DNA of 64,000 nucleotides from Candidatus Poribacteria bacterium (GTDB lineage Bacteria; Poribacteria; WGA-4E; WGA-3G): assembly GCA_965214095.1 (NCBI GenBank), contig OZ243938.1, positions 4,864,001 to 4,928,000 of the forward strand. The letters are read 5' to 3'. Shown in pieces: positions 9,428 through 18,999 of this stretch. The translations under genes and the position numbers were made by a program. The first letter of the stretch is position 1. The number at the start of each line of letters is the position of its first letter. Under the pieces are notes generated by a model, which saw nothing but the letters and a program-made list of their open reading frames with translations, made no database searches and had not been told where the DNA came from.

Positions 9428-11650
9428 TTACTGCAAAATCAACATTTTGCGCAGGAACGACACATTGTCTGCCTGCAGTTGATAGAAATAGATACCACTT
9501 GTCACCTTTTCACCGAACTCGTTTGTGCCATCCCAATGCGCCGCACGTCCACGCGTTTGATATACACCCACCTGTTGATACCCCAAATCAAGTTGGCGGA
9601 CCACAGTGCCACGCGCATCATAGATCGTAATCTGCACGTCACTGGCATTTGCTAAACGATACGGTATCCACGTCTCCGGGTTGAACGGGTTCGGATAGTT
9701 TTGGAACAGTTCGGTACGCTTTATCTGACCGAGTGTGACAAGTTTCTTGCCGCGTGACTCAACGGAAAACGGCTCATCCACATCTGTCTCATCAGCCACA
9801 GACCTGTAATCCCACAACAGCACGGTGCCGTCCCCACTTCCACTTGCAAATGTTCTTTCATCAGGACTGAACGCTACGCTTTCGACCCACCAAGTATGTC
9901 CTCTAAGTATTCTCTTTTCTTCGCCAGTAGTCACATCCCACAGACGGATGGTGTTGTCTAAACTTCCACTTGCAAGTGTCTTTCCATCCGGACTGAACGC
10001 TACGCTTCTGACGTGAACTGTATGTCCATTGAGTATTCCCTTTTCTTCTCCGGTATCAACATCCCACAGACGGATGGTGTTGTCCCAACCTCCACTTGCA
10101 AGCGTTTTTCCATCCGGACTGAAAGCAATGCTCCAGACCACTGTATGTCCATTGAATATTCTCTTTTCTTCACCTGTATCAACATCCCACAGACGGATGG
10201 TGCTGTCATAACTTCCACTTGCGAGTGTCTTTCCATCCGGACTGAACGCTACGCTTGTGACCCCCGTTCTATGTCCTCTGAGTATTTGCTTTTCTTCGCC
10301 GTTAGCAACATCCCACAGACGGATCGTGCTGTCCCGACTTCCACTTGCGAGTGTCTTTCCATCCGGACTGAACGCTATGCTTGTAATCCTCGTTCTATGT
10401 CCTCTGAGTATTTGCTTTTCTTCGCCGTTAGCAACATCCCACAGACGGATCGTGCTGTCATAACTTCCACTTGCGAGCATCTTCCCATCCGGACTGAACG
10501 TTACACTTGTGACCCCCATTGTATGTCCTCTGAGTATTTGCTTTTCTTCGCCGTTAGCAACATCCCATAGACGGATAGTACTGTCCTCATTTCCACTTGC
10601 GAGGATTCTTCCATCCGGACTGAACGCTACGCTTCTGAGATACCTTGTATGTCCTTTGGATATTCTTTTTTCTTCGCCTGTATCAACATTCCACAGACTG
10701 ATGGTGTTGCCCCTGCTTCCACTTACAAGTGTTTTTCCATCCGGACTGAACGTTACACTTATGACAAATGCTATATCTCCTTTGAGCATTCTTTTTTCTT
10801 CGCCTGTATCAACATCCCACAGACGAATGGTGTTGTCCCAACCTCCACTTGCAAGCGTTTTCCCATCCGGACTGAACGCTATGCTTTCGACCCACCCTAT
10901 ATGTCCTCTAAGTATTCCCTTTTCTTCTCCGGTATCAACATCCCACAGACGGATGGTGCTGTCCCTGCTTCCACTTGCGAGCGTTTTTCCATCCGGATTG
11001 AACGCTACGCTATAGACAAACCCTGTATGTCCTTTGAGTATTCTCTTTTCTTCGCCGTTAGCAACATCCCACAGACGGATGGTGCTGTCTAAACTTCCAC
11101 TTGTGAGCGTTTTTCCACCCGGACTGAACGCTACGCTTGTGACGAGCGCTGTATGTCCTTTAAGTATTCTCTTTTCTTCGCCGTTAGCAACATCCCACAG
11201 ACGGATCGTGTCGTCCCCACTTCCACTTGCGATTGTTTTTCCATCCGGACTGAACGCTATGCTTTCGACCCACCCTGTATGTCCTTTAAGTATTCTCTTT
11301 TCTTCTCCGGTATCAACATCCCACAGACGGATGGTGCTGTCATAACTTCCACTTGCAAGTGTATTCCCATCTGGACTGAACGCTACGCTATAGACAAACC
11401 CTGTATGTCCAGTATATAGGTCCAGTTCTTCACCTGTCTGTGCATCATATATCCAAACACCTATGCTACTCGCCACTGCCAGTTTAGGGCTGTCTGGGGA
11501 ATATGTAATTTCACGGTTACTTCCTTTCCCAAACCGCACTTTCGCGCCTTCGGGTAACTCCCAACGTGTGTGGTCTTGAGCGAAGGTGTTTAATATAAAG
11601 GCAAATATCGTCAAAAGAACAGTTAGAATGAAATATAGTTTGTTTTTCAT
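9428..11650 (-). CDS. Secreted WD40-repeat protein with C-terminal FlgD-Ig-like sorting domain
   Basis: Signal peptide from ATG 11650 (MKNKLYFILTVLL...TFAQ). 13 canonical GH..V.SVAFSPDG.TLASGS.D.TIRLWD repeats plus a degenerate first one. Tail QNYPNPFNPETWIPY...GIYFYQL...RKMLIL. Confidence 0.92.
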   Translation of the reverse strand: MKNKLYFILTVLLTIFAFILNTFAQDHTRWELPEGAKVRFGKGSNREITYSPDSPKLAVASSIGVWIYDAQTGEELDLYTGHTGFVYSVAFSPDGNTLASGSYDSTIRLWDVDTGEEKRILKGHTGWVESIAFSPDGKTIASGSGDDTIRLWDVANGEEKRILKGHTALVTSVAFSPGGKTLTSGSLDSTIRLWDVANGEEKRILKGHTGFVYSVAFNPDGKTLASGSRDSTIRLWDVDTGEEKGILRGHIGWVESIAFSPDGKTLASGGWDNTIRLWDVDTGEEKRMLKGDIAFVISVTFSPDGKTLVSGSRGNTISLWNVDTGEEKRISKGHTRYLRSVAFSPDGRILASGNEDSTIRLWDVANGEEKQILRGHTMGVTSVTFSPDGKMLASGSYDSTIRLWDVANGEEKQILRGHRTRITSIAFSPDGKTLASGSRDSTIRLWDVANGEEKQILRGHRTGVTSVAFSPDGKTLASGSYDSTIRLWDVDTGEEKRIFNGHTVVWSIAFSPDGKTLASGGWDNTIRLWDVDTGEEKGILNGHTVHVRSVAFSPDGKTLASGSLDNTIRLWDVTTGEEKRILRGHTWWVESVAFSPDERTFASGSGDGTVLLWDYRSVADETDVDEPFSVESRGKKLVTLGQIKRTELFQNYPNPFNPETWIPYRLANASDVQITIYDARGTVVRQLDLGYQQVGVYQTRGRAAHWDGTNEFGEKVTSGIYFYQLQADNVSFLRKMLILQ
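9815..11410 (-). repeat. Tandem about 126-bp coding repeats (WD40 units), highly similar at DNA level
   Basis: Recurring CAACATCCCACAGACGGAT and CCATCCGGACTGAACGCTA every 126 nt or so. Confidence 0.9.
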
Positions 11651-11842
11651 GAGAAAGTTTCCCCCAATTTTGTCATTAACAGGACTTACGCAATAATGTT
11701 TGACATAGGCTCGCCAAAACACTAATATGGTGTGCAAGGAAGTAGATAAAATGAGGAATGTGTATAAATAATTTAATTCAGATTTTCGTTCCAATAAGTA
11801 ACCATCGTCAGGTATACTCCTCATGGTGAACCGTGATTCTCT

Positions 11843-12850
11843 TTATTCCGTCATACGTTCAGCTTGTTTCAACCGCCCCCAAAGGGTTGTCTGGGTGTCC
11901 ACAGTCGGAGAAACGGAGAAAAAACTTCCGGGGACCCAGGCGGGAGAAGAATTTCGCACAGGATCTTGTGTGATTTGCCGTGGCTCGCCCCCTTTGACAG
12001 AAACGATAAAAATATGTCGCACCGCATTCGGGTTATCCGGAGGATTCGCAATTTCTGCATCGTAGGCATCGTAGGCAATCCACTTACCATCACGGGACCA
12101 CGCAGGATTGTCACTCCAAAACCCAAGACGTGAAATGCGGCGGGCGTTTTGTCCATCTGTATCCATGATGTAGATATCATTCCCATCCCCATCATTACCG
12201 ACACAAGCAATCTGTTTTCCATCAGGTGACCAAGCAGGATTTAAACAAGGTCCGACTCCATGTAGCAGCTTTATAATCTGTCGGGGATGTTTTCCATCTG
12301 CGTCCATCACATAGATACCGCTACCGACACCGCCAGAACCGAAAGCAATTGATTGCCCATCTGGAAACCAGGCTGGGGTAAGGTTGAATTTTCCTTGGTT
12401 AGTCAGTCTCTGTAGATTATTGCCGTTGATATCTATTTTGTAGATATGATATTCCCCTGTTCTCTCGGCTACAAAAGCGATCCAATCTCCATCAGGTGAC
12501 CAGGCAGGAGAAAAAGCTGACCATACAGGATCAAAATCGTTTTCTGGACGTGTTGTCAACCGACGCGCCTGAGCTTCATTGAATTTCTGAATATAGATAT
12601 CAAAATTTCCATCACGGTTCGACGCAAAAGCAAAAGAACGCCCATCTGGTGCCCACGTTGCACCAGTGTCGTCTGCGGGGTGGTTTGTTAGGTTGCGTAG
12701 ATTCTCACCGTTTGTATCAACAATGTAGATGTCAGTTTGCCCTGTACGGTTAGAATGGAAAGAAATATACTGAGCTCCCCAAGTGTTTACGGTAAGCAGA
12801 AACAAACTGAGCAGTAATGTCATTCCAAACAACATATAGGTGCGTTTCAT
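11843..12850 (-). CDS. Secreted TolB-like (PD40) beta-propeller protein, copy 1
   Basis: Signal peptide. Repeated P.WSPDG..IAF and DIY.MD.DG motifs. C-terminal TTLWGRLK. Confidence 0.88.
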   Translation of the reverse strand: MKRTYMLFGMTLLLSLFLLTVNTWGAQYISFHSNRTGQTDIYIVDTNGENLRNLTNHPADDTGATWAPDGRSFAFASNRDGNFDIYIQKFNEAQARRLTTRPENDFDPVWSAFSPAWSPDGDWIAFVAERTGEYHIYKIDINGNNLQRLTNQGKFNLTPAWFPDGQSIAFGSGGVGSGIYVMDADGKHPRQIIKLLHGVGPCLNPAWSPDGKQIACVGNDGDGNDIYIMDTDGQNARRISRLGFWSDNPAWSRDGKWIAYDAYDAEIANPPDNPNAVRHIFIVSVKGGEPRQITQDPVRNSSPAWVPGSFFSVSPTVDTQTTLWGRLKQAERMTE

Positions 12851-12879
12851 TTTTAATCTCCTGGAAGATCACTTAGGCT

Positions 12880-13082
12880 ATTGTAGCAGTTTGGACGATT
12901 TGTGACGACCTTTTAAAATTTATCGGTCATCGCACACACCCACAAGCACAGTTGTCAGATGCTGAAGTGATGACGACAGCGATTATCGCAGCACACTATT
13001 ATGGAGGCAATCATCAAACCCTTTCAGTCCATTGAAAGCATTCGGATTTATCCGAATGTGTTAGGACACTCACGATATAATA
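12880..13082 (+). mobile_element. IS982-family transposase N-terminal remnant
   Basis: Translates IVAVWTICDDLLKFIGHRTHPQAQLSDAEVMTTAIIAAHYYGGNHQT and, after a frameshift, PNVLGHSRYN. This matches the IS982 CDDLL...SDAEVMT...SRFN signature as I recall it. Confidence 0.7.
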
Positions 13083-13194
13083 CCAATTCTATTAATGAAT
13101 TTCCCTTTTGAATTAGAATGTAAGAGGCGCAATGAATTGCGCGACTACGAACCATCTATCTTTTAAAGGTTATGTTATTTTTTAGAAATGGTAT
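13080..13194. repeat. MITE with ATACCA(A/T)TTCTA terminal inverted repeats and a GTAGTCGCGCAATTCATTGCGC REP core (minus strand)
   Basis: ATACCAATTCTA...TAGAAATGGTAT ends. The same core occurs at about 52975 inside a different shell. Confidence 0.7.
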
Positions 13195-13448
13195 TAGTTC
13201 ATTGTGCAGACGGTTGTTCCCGTCGGAGGCTCTATGTTAAAGCAAGATGAGGGCATGTGTTCATTAATTCTAACGTTGGAATAACGCATCGTTTGAATTC
13301 GGATAACCGTTTCCTGCCCCGCTGGATCAATAAAGATTGTCGTGGACTGTCCGGATTCAGAGAACCAGAAGTCAGAAGCAACCTCTTGGAAGTTGAAATC
13401 TTTTATAACACGTATCTGCAATTCTCCGTCTATCGGATTAGAATACAT
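13194..13448 (-). pseudogene. Gene fragment, possibly the C-terminus of a LolA-like protein
   Basis: C-terminal YSNVRINEHMPSSCFNIEPPTGTTV resembles LolA-fold tails. No RBS and no N-terminal part. Confidence 0.35.
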
Positions 13449-13494
13449 AAAACGTTCAGAGCGATAGTTTTTCTTGTGAGTTATCAGGTCAGAA

Positions 13495-14181
13495 TTACCG
13501 GATATTCTTGATTTGTGCCCATTGCCTTGTTAATTTACCAGCGGGTTCAATTGGGAAATAAATGGCATCAATTTTGGCTAATTCATAGTCGCCCCCTACG
13601 CCGAAGTGCATACCCCATCCACCACCACGTTCACTGACCTTTATCATGATCAAATTATTTCCTTTTATTAGATCAACCTTTAAATCATCTTGGAAGGTGT
13701 CTTCATTGCCGAGATTCCGGTTCTCCGCGTGGGTATGAACAACTTCGCCATTAACCCAAACCTTAACTGAGTCATCACTACTGACACCCATCGCTACGTT
13801 TTTTTGCGCTCTTTTCGTTTTGAGGACAATTAGCGCATAAGATGTTATATGATCTAACTCACCAGCCTCAAAACCTATCTCATTAACGAGATCATTAATA
13901 TTTCCGTTATCGGTAAGTGTGCCAGATGTCCACTCATAATTACCAACTTTCTTGCCTTCTCTTGCACCGTTTTTGGCGATTTTATCTTCCGTGACTCTGC
14001 CGTTGCTGGCTTCAACAAGTGAATCAAAATGGGTAGAATTTGCACCACCTTGTCCACCTACAGTTTTAGCAATCATCCAGAGATACGGACCAAGAATTTT
14101 TTCTTGAGCATCAGCAGTCAGCGTCATCACCGTAAGACTTATAAGAAAAGCCAATCCTATTATACACAATTTTCTGAACAT
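13495..14181 (-). CDS. Secreted protein with PA14-like/jelly-roll domain and C-terminal GKLTRQWAQIK motif
   Basis: AGGAGG RBS before ATG 14181. Signal peptide ending ADA-Q. SSDDSVKVWVNGEVV and LIKGNNLIMIKV motifs. Confidence 0.8.
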   Translation of the reverse strand: MFRKLCIIGLAFLISLTVMTLTADAQEKILGPYLWMIAKTVGGQGGANSTHFDSLVEASNGRVTEDKIAKNGAREGKKVGNYEWTSGTLTDNGNINDLVNEIGFEAGELDHITSYALIVLKTKRAQKNVAMGVSSDDSVKVWVNGEVVHTHAENRNLGNEDTFQDDLKVDLIKGNNLIMIKVSERGGGWGMHFGVGGDYELAKIDAIYFPIEPAGKLTRQWAQIKNIR

Positions 14182-14410
14182 TATATATAACCTCCTAAAA
14201 TCAATACCTTCGCCAACTTTTTGAGTTGATTCGAATGGATAGTTAATAAATTCACCTATAGGTGTCAATTTACGGATTTATTTCAAGTTTTACACAATTT
14301 AGCAAACCTAACACCCAACGCAGCTGGACGCAAGCGAAACCCAACTTACGAAATAATGCAATATAATCACTTAGAAATGGTATTTTCCTCATGGTGAACC
14401 TTAATTCTCT

Positions 14411-15421
14411 TTATTGCGTCATACGTTCAGCTTGTTTGAACCGACCCCAAAGGGTTGCCTGGGTGTCCACAGTCGGAGAAACGGAGAAAAAACTTCCGGG
14501 GACCCAGGCTGGAGAATCATCCTGACTAGGATGCTGTGTAATTTGCCGTGGCTCGCCCCCCTCAACAGAAACGATAAAAATGTGTCGCTCCCTATTCGGG
14601 TTTTCCGGAGGATTCACAATTTCTGCATCGTCGGCCTGGTAGGCAATCCACTTACCATCAGGAGACCACGCAGGCTGGATGCTCCAAGTCCCAAGAGGTG
14701 ACACGCGGCGGGCGTTTTGTCCATCTGTATCCATGATGTAGATATCCTGCCCATTATTAACGAGAACACAAGCAATCTGTTTTCCATCAGGCGACCAAGC
14801 AGGATCGAAAATAAAAGCGATTATATTTACCTGGATTTTAATCTGTCTAGAATTTTTTCCATCTGCGTCCATCACATAGATACCGCTCCCAATAACACCG
14901 AAAGCAATTGATTTTCCATCTGGAGACCAGGTTGGGTTACGGATGTGTTTCCCTAGGTTAGTCAGTCTCTGTAGATTTTTGCCGTTGATATCAATTTTGT
15001 AGATATGAGATTCCTCTGTTCTCCCTGCTACAAAAGCGATCCAATTTCCATCAGGTGACCAGGCAGGAGAAAAAGCTGCCCAGACAGGATCAAAATCGTC
15101 CTCCGGATCGTCCTCCGGACGGTGTGTCAACCGACGTGCCTGAGCTTCATTGAATTTCTGAATATAGATATCAAAATTTCCATCACGGTTCGATGCAAAA
15201 GCAAAAGAACGCCCATCTGGTGCCCACGTAGCATCATTGTCCTCTGCGGGGTGGTTTGTTAGGTTGCGTAGATTCTCACCGTTTGTATCAACAATGTAGA
15301 TGTCAGTTTGCCCTGTACGGTTAGAATGGAAAGAAATATACTGAGCTCCCCAAGTGTTTACGGTAAGCAGAAACAAACTGAGCAGTAATGTCATTCCAAA
15401 CAACATATAGGTGCGTTTCAT
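14411..15421 (-). CDS. Secreted TolB-like (PD40) beta-propeller protein, copy 2
   Basis: First 59 residues identical to 11843-12850. Same PD40 motifs. Confidence 0.88.
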   Translation of the reverse strand: MKRTYMLFGMTLLLSLFLLTVNTWGAQYISFHSNRTGQTDIYIVDTNGENLRNLTNHPAEDNDATWAPDGRSFAFASNRDGNFDIYIQKFNEAQARRLTHRPEDDPEDDFDPVWAAFSPAWSPDGNWIAFVAGRTEESHIYKIDINGKNLQRLTNLGKHIRNPTWSPDGKSIAFGVIGSGIYVMDADGKNSRQIKIQVNIIAFIFDPAWSPDGKQIACVLVNNGQDIYIMDTDGQNARRVSPLGTWSIQPAWSPDGKWIAYQADDAEIVNPPENPNRERHIFIVSVEGGEPRQITQHPSQDDSPAWVPGSFFSVSPTVDTQATLWGRFKQAERMTQ

Positions 15422-15589
15422 TTTGTACCTCCTGGAAAATCACTTAGGCTGGATGCATGAAGTTAATTATAAATCCTTATGGACTTAAAAGTTTTGTGGT
15501 ATAAAACGTCTATCGGATTAAGTAGCAACTTAGGCTATTGTAGCAGTTTGGACGATTTGTGACGACCTTTGAATGTTCACTATGATTGG

Positions 15590-18500
15590 TTACTGATCCG
15601 TTGAATCGTCAAGTAAAAAACGTAACACACCCCGTTCTCTTGTTCCTACATAAAGCGTATTCCCATCAACATCAAGACATGTAATAGTATATGCGATATA
15701 ATGCGGAATTTTCGGAGTAATTTGTTCCCACATAGTCATACCACTTTTCACTTGAAATATTCTTCTCTTTGCTTCCCCGTAAACCGTTGTCCCTTCCGCA
15801 GCAAACATATTAATAATAAGCGGTTTTCCTTTTGCACCGGTGAGTGTGTACCAATCAGTTCCATTAGTTGACATCACAACACCTTTATCGGTTGCAACAT
15901 AGACAAAGTCACCTGCAAAAGTTATTGCTTTGTAATGATCTACAGGATATGGAAGGTTTCCTGTAACATCACTCCATGTCATGCCTTCATCAAGAGATTG
16001 CATCAGTTGACCTTCTTTTTCTCCAACGTAAATTGTGTTTCCAGACACAGCAAATCTAAATCCAACGGCATCTATATATGGATTATTTGCATAGCAAAAA
16101 GTCCTATCTTCACTAACCCCTTTATCTAATAACCCCGTATTGATCCATTCGGTATTACCCGGTTTCCATCTAAAGAGTTGATAGTTGTATTCAACATAAT
16201 ATGTCCCATTGATAACAGCAAGACCACCAAGCTGCGATTCAGAGAACGAACCGTCCCCATGCGGCACATTTCGTGCCATAAAACCGGTAGGACGATTTAA
16301 TTGAAGGTTTTCCTTCCGCCGATCAATTTTGTCTAAAATTGGCATTTCAGACACTTTGATGAGACTATTGTCTTGAGTGGAAAGACGGAAAAAACAAGGT
16401 GCACCTAATTTATCGTCTCTCACGAAAATTTCTCCATTGGATTCCATAATACGTGTGATAAAACCTGTATCACCATTAACAAGTGTCCAAGATTCGCCTT
16501 TGTCAGTTGAATGGACAAATCCATTTGCCGAATTGGCGTAAAGAGTGCCGTTGACAGCAATCAATTGCCAAACTTCTGTATTTACGAGTCCGGTATTGAA
16601 TTGATCCCACGATTTACCACCATCTGTTGTGCGATGTATCCCGTAGTTTCCGCTTCTGTAGTAGGTGTCCTCATTTACCGTAACTATTGCAAAAGCATTT
16701 CCTAGATCCACTGTGTCTTCGGTTTTCCATGTTTTACCAGAATCTGACGAATAGTAATGTTTCTTTTGATCTACAAGCATTAACTTATTTTCTGTTACGG
16801 TAATTTTTAATGGACTGTATCCTGTTGACTTATGTGGTGATTTAGTATCTTCTTTCTTAATGTCTTTTTTGCCCTTTGAAGTCCCATTCAATAAATTGAT
16901 TGTTGATAGTTCCTCTTTATCTGTATTATCTTTTCTCGGCGTAATATTCCTCCATGTTTTTCCATGATCAGTTGATTGGAACAGTGCCCATGACAAATCT
17001 GTTGCTGCTTGTGCACGAAAGATTTCACGTCGTAAGGACCAAGGAGTCTCCCGTAGTTCTACATAGGAATCACGAGTGATTGCATGTATGGGTTTTCCAC
17101 CTCTACCTAGAAACACTCGAAAACTATTATCAATATGATAACTTCTGGCAACATAGAGAAAGTTGTCTTTCACTTCCATAGATATTATAGGCAAATATGT
17201 ACTTTTTTCACCTATTTCATCAAGGAATATCTGTTCCCATGTGTTTCCATTCAGACGATAGAGTCCTTTATTGGTACCGACATAGACAGTGTTATCTATA
17301 ACAGCAATTGCACGAGGTTGAACGCTTGGGTATTTATTATCAAATGGTGTCAACCGAACCCATGATGCACCATTATCCTCTGAACGGTATACACCGTTAT
17401 CACCAGAATAGGTAACTTCATCAACAAGACACAGATAGAATGCTTGATCCAGAATCGTCATATCGATAAGTCCACCTCCAGGATGCTCAGAGAATGTTTT
17501 CCATGTTTTCCCTCTATCCGTTGATCTCAGGATTTTTTTGTCTGTGGCAAGATACAGTATACCGTCTTTTTCAACCATTGGTCCGGATCGCATGCCGCTC
17601 AATTGTTCTTTATCTGAGAATATATCACGTGAGTAGATAAGATTCCACGCTGCAGCGTCATCTGTGAGTTTATAGATTCCGCGTGGTGTACCTGCAAATA
17701 CATCTTCATCAACTGTTGCATAGAGATTGACGACTCTTCCCCCTACAGGTCCATTTGTTTCGTTCCATTCTCCTTTCTTATCTGAAATACCTTCTTTCTC
17801 TTGTGATGCAGCAAATTGAGATGTCCCCGGTTCCTGTCCTGTGCCATCATTGTTACTAAGTTCATCAGAACGACCAACCTGATTACTAATTGCTGGTTTA
17901 GCAGGGGATTCCAAGACTAATCGTGCGTCAACGATTTCAATCGTTGGTTCGGATTGTGCAGTCAAACTAAAAGGCTTCTGAAACCGACTTGGGTTTTGTG
18001 TTCCAAAGCCTATTAGTAAAACAACTAAAATGGCTGAGACAGCAGATATTGCTAACGGTATGAAGGGTTTGTTAGCAGTTGGTGCCGCTGGCATAAGTCG
18101 TGACACCTTTTCCATGATGTGTTCTGTCATTTGGGTTGGTAGTTGGAAACTGCCCAAGTTTTCTTCAATTATTGCTTCCTCCTTCTTTAGTCGGTTGCGT
18201 GCGCGATGAAGTTTACTCCGAACCGTGTTCGGAGACATACCCAAAAACTTACCAATCTCTTCACATGGCATTTCTGCGATGTAATATAAATTTACTACTG
18301 TGCGGTCACTCTCTTGCAGTGTACTGAGTAATTTCTGAACTATGCCACGTCGTTTTTGATTTGCTGCTTCTTCGCGTTGATGTGTCATATATTCTGAATA
18401 ATACACCTCCTCTAATTCAACAGGATCAGTTTCTTCTAATGATTGGAATTCTAACCTGCTCTTTCTGAACCAATTCTTGCACTTGTTATCTGCAATGACA

Positions 18501-18721
18501 TATAACCATCCCGAAAGGCGGTTATGGCGTTTGAGTGTAGAAAGTTTGTGATACGCAGTGAGGAACACATCTTGTGTGATTTCCTGAGCAATATGGAAAT
18601 CACCGATTTTCTGCCACACCAATGCGTGTATCTGTTTTTGGTACTTTTCGACAAGTTCAGAAAACGCTTGCTGATCACCAGTTATGGTTTTTTGAATCAG
18701 ATCAGAATCTGAGTTATTCAT
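15590..18721 (-). CDS. ECF sigma factor-TM-BNR beta-propeller fusion
   Basis: GAGGTG RBS before ATG 18721. Sigma regions 2 and 4. TM helix. Many S.D.G.TW repeats. Confidence 0.9.
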   Translation of the reverse strand: MNNSDSDLIQKTITGDQQAFSELVEKYQKQIHALVWQKIGDFHIAQEITQDVFLTAYHKLSTLKRHNRLSGWLYVIADNKCKNWFRKSRLEFQSLEETDPVELEEVYYSEYMTHQREEAANQKRRGIVQKLLSTLQESDRTVVNLYYIAEMPCEEIGKFLGMSPNTVRSKLHRARNRLKKEEAIIEENLGSFQLPTQMTEHIMEKVSRLMPAAPTANKPFIPLAISAVSAILVVLLIGFGTQNPSRFQKPFSLTAQSEPTIEIVDARLVLESPAKPAISNQVGRSDELSNNDGTGQEPGTSQFAASQEKEGISDKKGEWNETNGPVGGRVVNLYATVDEDVFAGTPRGIYKLTDDAAAWNLIYSRDIFSDKEQLSGMRSGPMVEKDGILYLATDKKILRSTDRGKTWKTFSEHPGGGLIDMTILDQAFYLCLVDEVTYSGDNGVYRSEDNGASWVRLTPFDNKYPSVQPRAIAVIDNTVYVGTNKGLYRLNGNTWEQIFLDEIGEKSTYLPIISMEVKDNFLYVARSYHIDNSFRVFLGRGGKPIHAITRDSYVELRETPWSLRREIFRAQAATDLSWALFQSTDHGKTWRNITPRKDNTDKEELSTINLLNGTSKGKKDIKKEDTKSPHKSTGYSPLKITVTENKLMLVDQKKHYYSSDSGKTWKTEDTVDLGNAFAIVTVNEDTYYRSGNYGIHRTTDGGKSWDQFNTGLVNTEVWQLIAVNGTLYANSANGFVHSTDKGESWTLVNGDTGFITRIMESNGEIFVRDDKLGAPCFFRLSTQDNSLIKVSEMPILDKIDRRKENLQLNRPTGFMARNVPHGDGSFSESQLGGLAVINGTYYVEYNYQLFRWKPGNTEWINTGLLDKGVSEDRTFCYANNPYIDAVGFRFAVSGNTIYVGEKEGQLMQSLDEGMTWSDVTGNLPYPVDHYKAITFAGDFVYVATDKGVVMSTNGTDWYTLTGAKGKPLIINMFAAEGTTVYGEAKRRIFQVKSGMTMWEQITPKIPHYIAYTITCLDVDGNTLYVGTRERGVLRFLLDDSTDQ

Positions 18722-18740
18722 TGCACACCTCAAATGCATT

Positions 18741-18843
18741 TATGGTTAAATTTGAAAATAATTATACACTTCCATACCCCGGTAGGTGCGATTTCCTAAT
18801 CGCACCGTTGTAGACTGTATAAATAATTCCATAATCTACCATA
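18741..18843. repeat. TATGGT...ACCATA shell with GTAGGTGCGATTTCCTAATCGCACC REP core
   Basis: 103 bp long, with the same architecture as 4987-5089. Lies between the promoter motif and the RBS of the ECF gene. Confidence 0.7.
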
Positions 18844-18856
18844 GTCTTTTAATATA

Positions 18857-18885
18857 TAGACACCTTTTTGAGGATGAAAATTGCA
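18857..18885 (-). promoter_or_regulatory. Putative ECF-type promoter TGCAAT-N17-TGTCTA
   Basis: Shared motif upstream of the ECF paralogs. Confidence 0.6.
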
Positions 18886-18999
18886 CTTTTTGGTAAAATC
18901 TTATTTTTTTTGAGGAAAAATGTTAGGTAGGCATCAGAATGAACAAATTGGAGTTTTGTTAGAAGAGATAATATGTATGTGCTACATGAAAACAATACC

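Noticed and set aside
9815-11410. Regular repeats as a CRISPR array
   Set aside because: The period is about 126 nt, the repeats are in frame and encode WD40 units. There are no unique spacers and no cas genes.
9825-11419. Multiple plus-strand ORFs with repeated peptides
   Set aside because: They are antisense shadows of the WD40 repeats.
11651-11824. Long N-terminal extensions on several ORFs (also 1826-1858, 9297-9359, 14182-14268, 60924-60959)
   Set aside because: Downstream starts have clearer RBSs or place the signal peptide at the N-terminus.
11843-15421. Diversity-generating retroelement (template/variable repeat pair)
   Set aside because: Both copies are full genes, the differences include indels and are not visibly adenine-restricted, and no reverse transcriptase is in the window.
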